A stretch of 64,000 nt of DNA from Lama glama. Lineage: Eukaryota. How positions within the stretch are numbered: the stretch's first letter is position 1; every line of letters begins with the position of its first letter. The notes under the pieces are model-generated. The model did not search any database. It had not been told where the DNA came from and saw only the letters and a program-made list of their open reading frames with translations. Of this stretch, positions 62,401 to 64,000 are shown piece by piece. The translations under genes and the position numbers were made by a program. Location of the stretch: contig CM052818.1 in assembly GCA_028534125.1 (NCBI GenBank), positions 25,732,001 to 25,796,000 on the forward strand, given 5' to 3'.

Positions 62401-63474
62401 TTCTTCAATGTGCTATATAATAGAATTATAGTCTTCCTTTAATTAATTAATTTTATTGAACTTTGATGAGTGTCTAATAGCACAGCAGAATAAAGTTAAG
62501 ATTCAAGGTTATCTTCTTTATTTGACAGCAACCACTTATGTTATCTTTTAGAAATTCTGCTACTGTAAAAGGGGATTAAATGTTAACTTTTTTGGAATTT
62601 CATATTTACAGGTAAAATTTATGAAGACCATTCCTGGTACAGCACTGGTAGAGATGGGTGATGAGTATGCTGTAGAAAGAGCTGTCACACACCTTAACAA
62701 TGTCAAATTATTTGGGAAAAGACTTAATGTTTGGTAATTATTTATCTTAAGTGGTAAAATTAAAAAATATTTAGCCTTTTTATTAGAGACGTTAATTTCC
62801 ATTTCAGAAAATTGTAATGTAACTGCGGGCAAATCTGCAATTAACAGCTGTAGTGATGTCATTTTAGACCCTTATGGTCATATAATTTAGATTTTACTTA
62901 TTAAATACACCTAATTTTTAGTTTTATGATTACAAAACAGCATTTTTTAAAACATTTTTATTGAGTTATAGTCATTTCCAATGTTGTGTATGACAGCATA
63001 TTTTTTAATATGAGCAAGTTTTTATATTCAAGTTTTCTAATTTGAAAATGTATTCAATAGATTTTTCTTCCTAAGTGATGTCTAATCTATATGAGTGATT
63101 GATTATAACTTAAAGTATTTACATGTTAAGAATAGTATTTAAACTGTACTTAAATAGCTATATATTTGTTAAGATTGATGCAGGCATACATGTTAACATT
63201 TTGAGATTGTCTGCTTGCTGCTTTTTATCTAACAAAGTTACGTTCTGTACTTCTTTCCTTTCTAATCTTCAGTGTATCTAAACAACATTCAGTTGTTCCA
63301 AGTCAAATATTTGAGCTGGAGGATGGTACAAGTAGCTACAAAGATTTTGCAATGAGCAAAAATAATCGCTTTACAAGTGCTGGCCAAGCATCTAAGAATA
63401 TAATTCAGCCACCCTCATGTGTGCTGCATTATTATAATGTTCCACTGTGTGTCACAGAAGAGACCTTCACAAAG
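34766..63474 (+). CDS. HNRNPLL: Heterogeneous nuclear ribonucleoprotein L-like (RRM splicing regulator), coding exons 1-10; 3' part lies beyond the window
   Basis: Ten exons (189+119+238+86+97+73+72+218+122+202 = 1416 nt) splice into one open frame: MSSSSSSPRETYEEDREYESQAKRLKTEEG...VSPVVHVRGLCESVVEADLVEALEKFG...NKVLLLSIQNPLYPITVDVLYTVCNPVGKVQRIVIFKRNGIQAMVEFES...SVVMVSGLHQLKMNCSRVFNLFCLYGNIEKVKFMK...PSCVLHYYNVPLCVTEETFTK, recognised as hnRNP LL. Confidence 0.98.
42095..42560 (-). mobile_element. L1 3'-end fragment in HNRNPLL intron 1 (antisense)
   Basis: TTAGTTTCAGGTGTAC...TAACCATCTGTC...TAGATTCCACAT...GGTCCATCCATGTTG...CTACTGATGGACACTTA. Confidence 0.88.
43442..43560 (+). CDS. HNRNPLL: HNRNPLL exon 2 (119 nt, start of RRM1)
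   Basis: TTGATAG|GAG acceptor; EAGGSHHKVSVSPVVHVRGLCESVVEADLVEALEKFGTI(C); donor TG|GTAAGG. Confidence 0.97.
45030..45170 (-). mobile_element. Vic-1-type SINE in intron 2
   Basis: GGAGGTACTGGGAGTTGAACCTGGGAC...CTCTACCACTTGAGCTATATCCTCCC; flanking near-duplication CTA(T/C)TGATATTTTG. Confidence 0.9.
47171..47294 (+). mobile_element. Vic-1-type SINE with a 12-bp TSD
   Basis: TSD GTAAATACTTCA at 47159-47170 and 47295-47306; GGGGGAGGGTATGGCTCAGTGGTAGAG...GGTTCAATCTCCAGTACCTCC...(TAAA)n CCTAATTACCTCCCCC. Confidence 0.93.
47902..48139 (+). CDS. HNRNPLL: HNRNPLL exon 3 (238 nt)
   Basis: CTTTCAG|C acceptor; YVMMMPFKRQALVEFENVDSAKECVTFAADEPVYIAGQQAFFNYSTSKRITRPGNTDDPSGGNKVLLLSIQNPLYPITV; donor GTG|GTGTGT. 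Confidence 0.96.
49573..49658 (+). CDS. HNRNPLL: HNRNPLL exon 4 (86 nt)
   Basis: TTTGTAG|GAT acceptor; DVLYTVCNPVGKVQRIVIFKRNGIQAMV(E); followed by U12-type donor ATATCCTTT. Confidence 0.95.
49659..50778 (+). other. HNRNPLL: U12-type (minor spliceosome) intron 4 of HNRNPLL, AT...AT termini
   Basis: 5' end ATATCCTTT matches the U12 consensus RTATCCTT; branch-site-like TTCCTTAAT at 50761-50769; reading MVEFES requires the intron to end at AT 50777-50778. Confidence 0.85.
50779..50875 (+). CDS. HNRNPLL: HNRNPLL exon 5 (97 nt)
   Basis: (E)FESVLCAQKAKAALNGADIYAGCCTLKIEYAR; donor CGG|GTAAAT. Confidence 0.93.
50962..51034 (+). CDS. HNRNPLL: HNRNPLL exon 6 (73 nt)
   Basis: TTAACAG|CCA acceptor after an 86-nt intron; PTRLNVIRNDNDSWDYTKPYLGRR; donor G|GTAAGT. 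Confidence 0.97.
54814..54895 (+). other. HNRNPLL: Probable poison (NMD-triggering) cassette exon 6A of HNRNPLL, 82 nt
   Basis: TAATACAG|GTTG acceptor and ATCAG|GTACTG donor; 82 nt shifts the frame, giving AG|A TAG at the start of exon 7; hnRNP L and LL are known to carry a poison exon 6A in intron 6. Confidence 0.75.
55281..55352 (+). CDS. HNRNPLL: HNRNPLL exon 7 (72 nt)
   Basis: TGTGTCAG|AT acceptor; (D)RGKGRQRQAILGEHPSSFRHDGY; donor G|GTAAGT. Confidence 0.96.
56284..56311 (+). repeat. (GT)n microsatellite, imperfect
   Basis: GTGTGT run with one interruption. Confidence 0.9.
56888..56911 (+). repeat. (GT)12 microsatellite
   Basis: Perfect dinucleotide run. Confidence 0.92.
59577..59794 (+). 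CDS. HNRNPLL: HNRNPLL exon 8 (218 nt, start of RRM3)
   Basis: TTTAATAG|GA acceptor; (G)SHGPLLPLPSRYRMGSRDTPELVAYPLPQASSSYMHGGNPSGSVVMVSGLHQLKMNCSRVFNLFCLYGNIEK; donor AAG|GTAAGT. Confidence 0.97.
61855..61974 (-). mobile_element. Vic-1-type SINE in intron 8
   Basis: GGTACTCAGGATTGAACCCAGG...GCACTCTACCACTGAGCTATACCCTCC; flanks AGTATT(G/A)CCT(G/A)TTT. Confidence 0.88.
62612..62733 (+). CDS. HNRNPLL: HNRNPLL exon 9 (122 nt)
   Basis: TTTACAG|GTA acceptor; VKFMKTIPGTALVEMGDEYAVERAVTHLNNVKLFGKRLNV(C); donor TG|GTAATT. Confidence 0.97.
63273..63474 (+). CDS. HNRNPLL: HNRNPLL exon 10 (202 nt)
   Basis: TCTTCAG|T acceptor; VSKQHSVVPSQIFELEDGTSSYKDFAMSKNNRFTSAGQASKNIIQPPSCVLHYYNVPLCVTEETFTK; donor AAG|GTAGGC. 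Confidence 0.97.
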
Positions 63475-64000
63475 GTAGGCACTGAAATAAAATTTGTGTA
63501 GAATGTTCCTATTTCCTATTTTAAAATATATATCATATTTTAGCTTTTTAGAGTCTTGCTCTGTTCATCATCCACTTTTGACATTATTAGTATTCTGTTA
63601 CTAATTTGGTACTTAATATAGTTCATTCTTTGACCATTAACTTTTCTGGCCTCCATCCTTCATTGATCTCTTGTTGGTTTGTGGCTCAGTCTTTTTGAGA
63701 ATTGGAATTAGTATGAGGTACCCTTACTCCTGCATTCAGAAGGTGCTTTTATCATGCCATTAAGTCTCACCCATAAAAAAATTTTACATATCCCTGTATT
63801 TTCCCCTAACTGTAGGAATTGCTTCAGAAAATAATTGATTTTTCTGGAATTCCATTCCCTACCTTAGGTACTTAGGTACTTGATAAATCCTGGTTCAACT
63901 CTGAGTATATATTTTAGTTACAAATCTTGATTTTATTGTACAGCACTAAAATTATATACATAGATTATAGAGTGTCACTATTTTAATTGATTTTTTCATT

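Noticed and set aside
62605..62617. AG|GTAAAA resembling a recursive splice site at the exon 9 start
   Set aside because: GTA AAA simply encodes Val-Lys and the intron is only about 2.8 kb
62560..62862. 100-aa minus-strand ORF
   Set aside because: Antisense shadow of HNRNPLL exon 9
1..64000. CRISPR arrays, operons, rRNA or other prokaryotic-type systems
   Set aside because: Mammalian intron-exon DNA; no regularly spaced repeat-spacer array or RNA gene seen

Overview
Mammalian genomic DNA, most likely camelid: it carries tRNA-derived SINEs of the Vic-1 type and cetartiodactyl-type L1 3' ends, and I recognised no Alu, B1, BovB or PRE-1 elements. The right half (about 34.0-64.0 kb) holds the CpG-island promoter and coding exons 1-10 of HNRNPLL on the + strand (1416 nt, 472 codons); the gene continues past the window. 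Notable features of the gene are a U12-type (minor spliceosome) intron 4 with AT...AT termini, an 82-nt frameshifting poison-exon candidate (6A) in intron 6 that creates a stop at the start of exon 7, and a CA-rich block with a repeated GACTTGCA motif after exon 6. The left half (1-34 kb) is repeat-rich (L1, MIR, L2, MLT/LTR16-like LTRs, hAT MER elements, SINEs). It also contains several unique minus-strand blocks bounded by AG/GT splice signals with compatible phases. These may be a decayed, or partly intact, unannotated multi-exon gene lying head-to-head with HNRNPLL; I could not identify its family. Repeat family names come from recognising consensus motifs and were not checked by a search.
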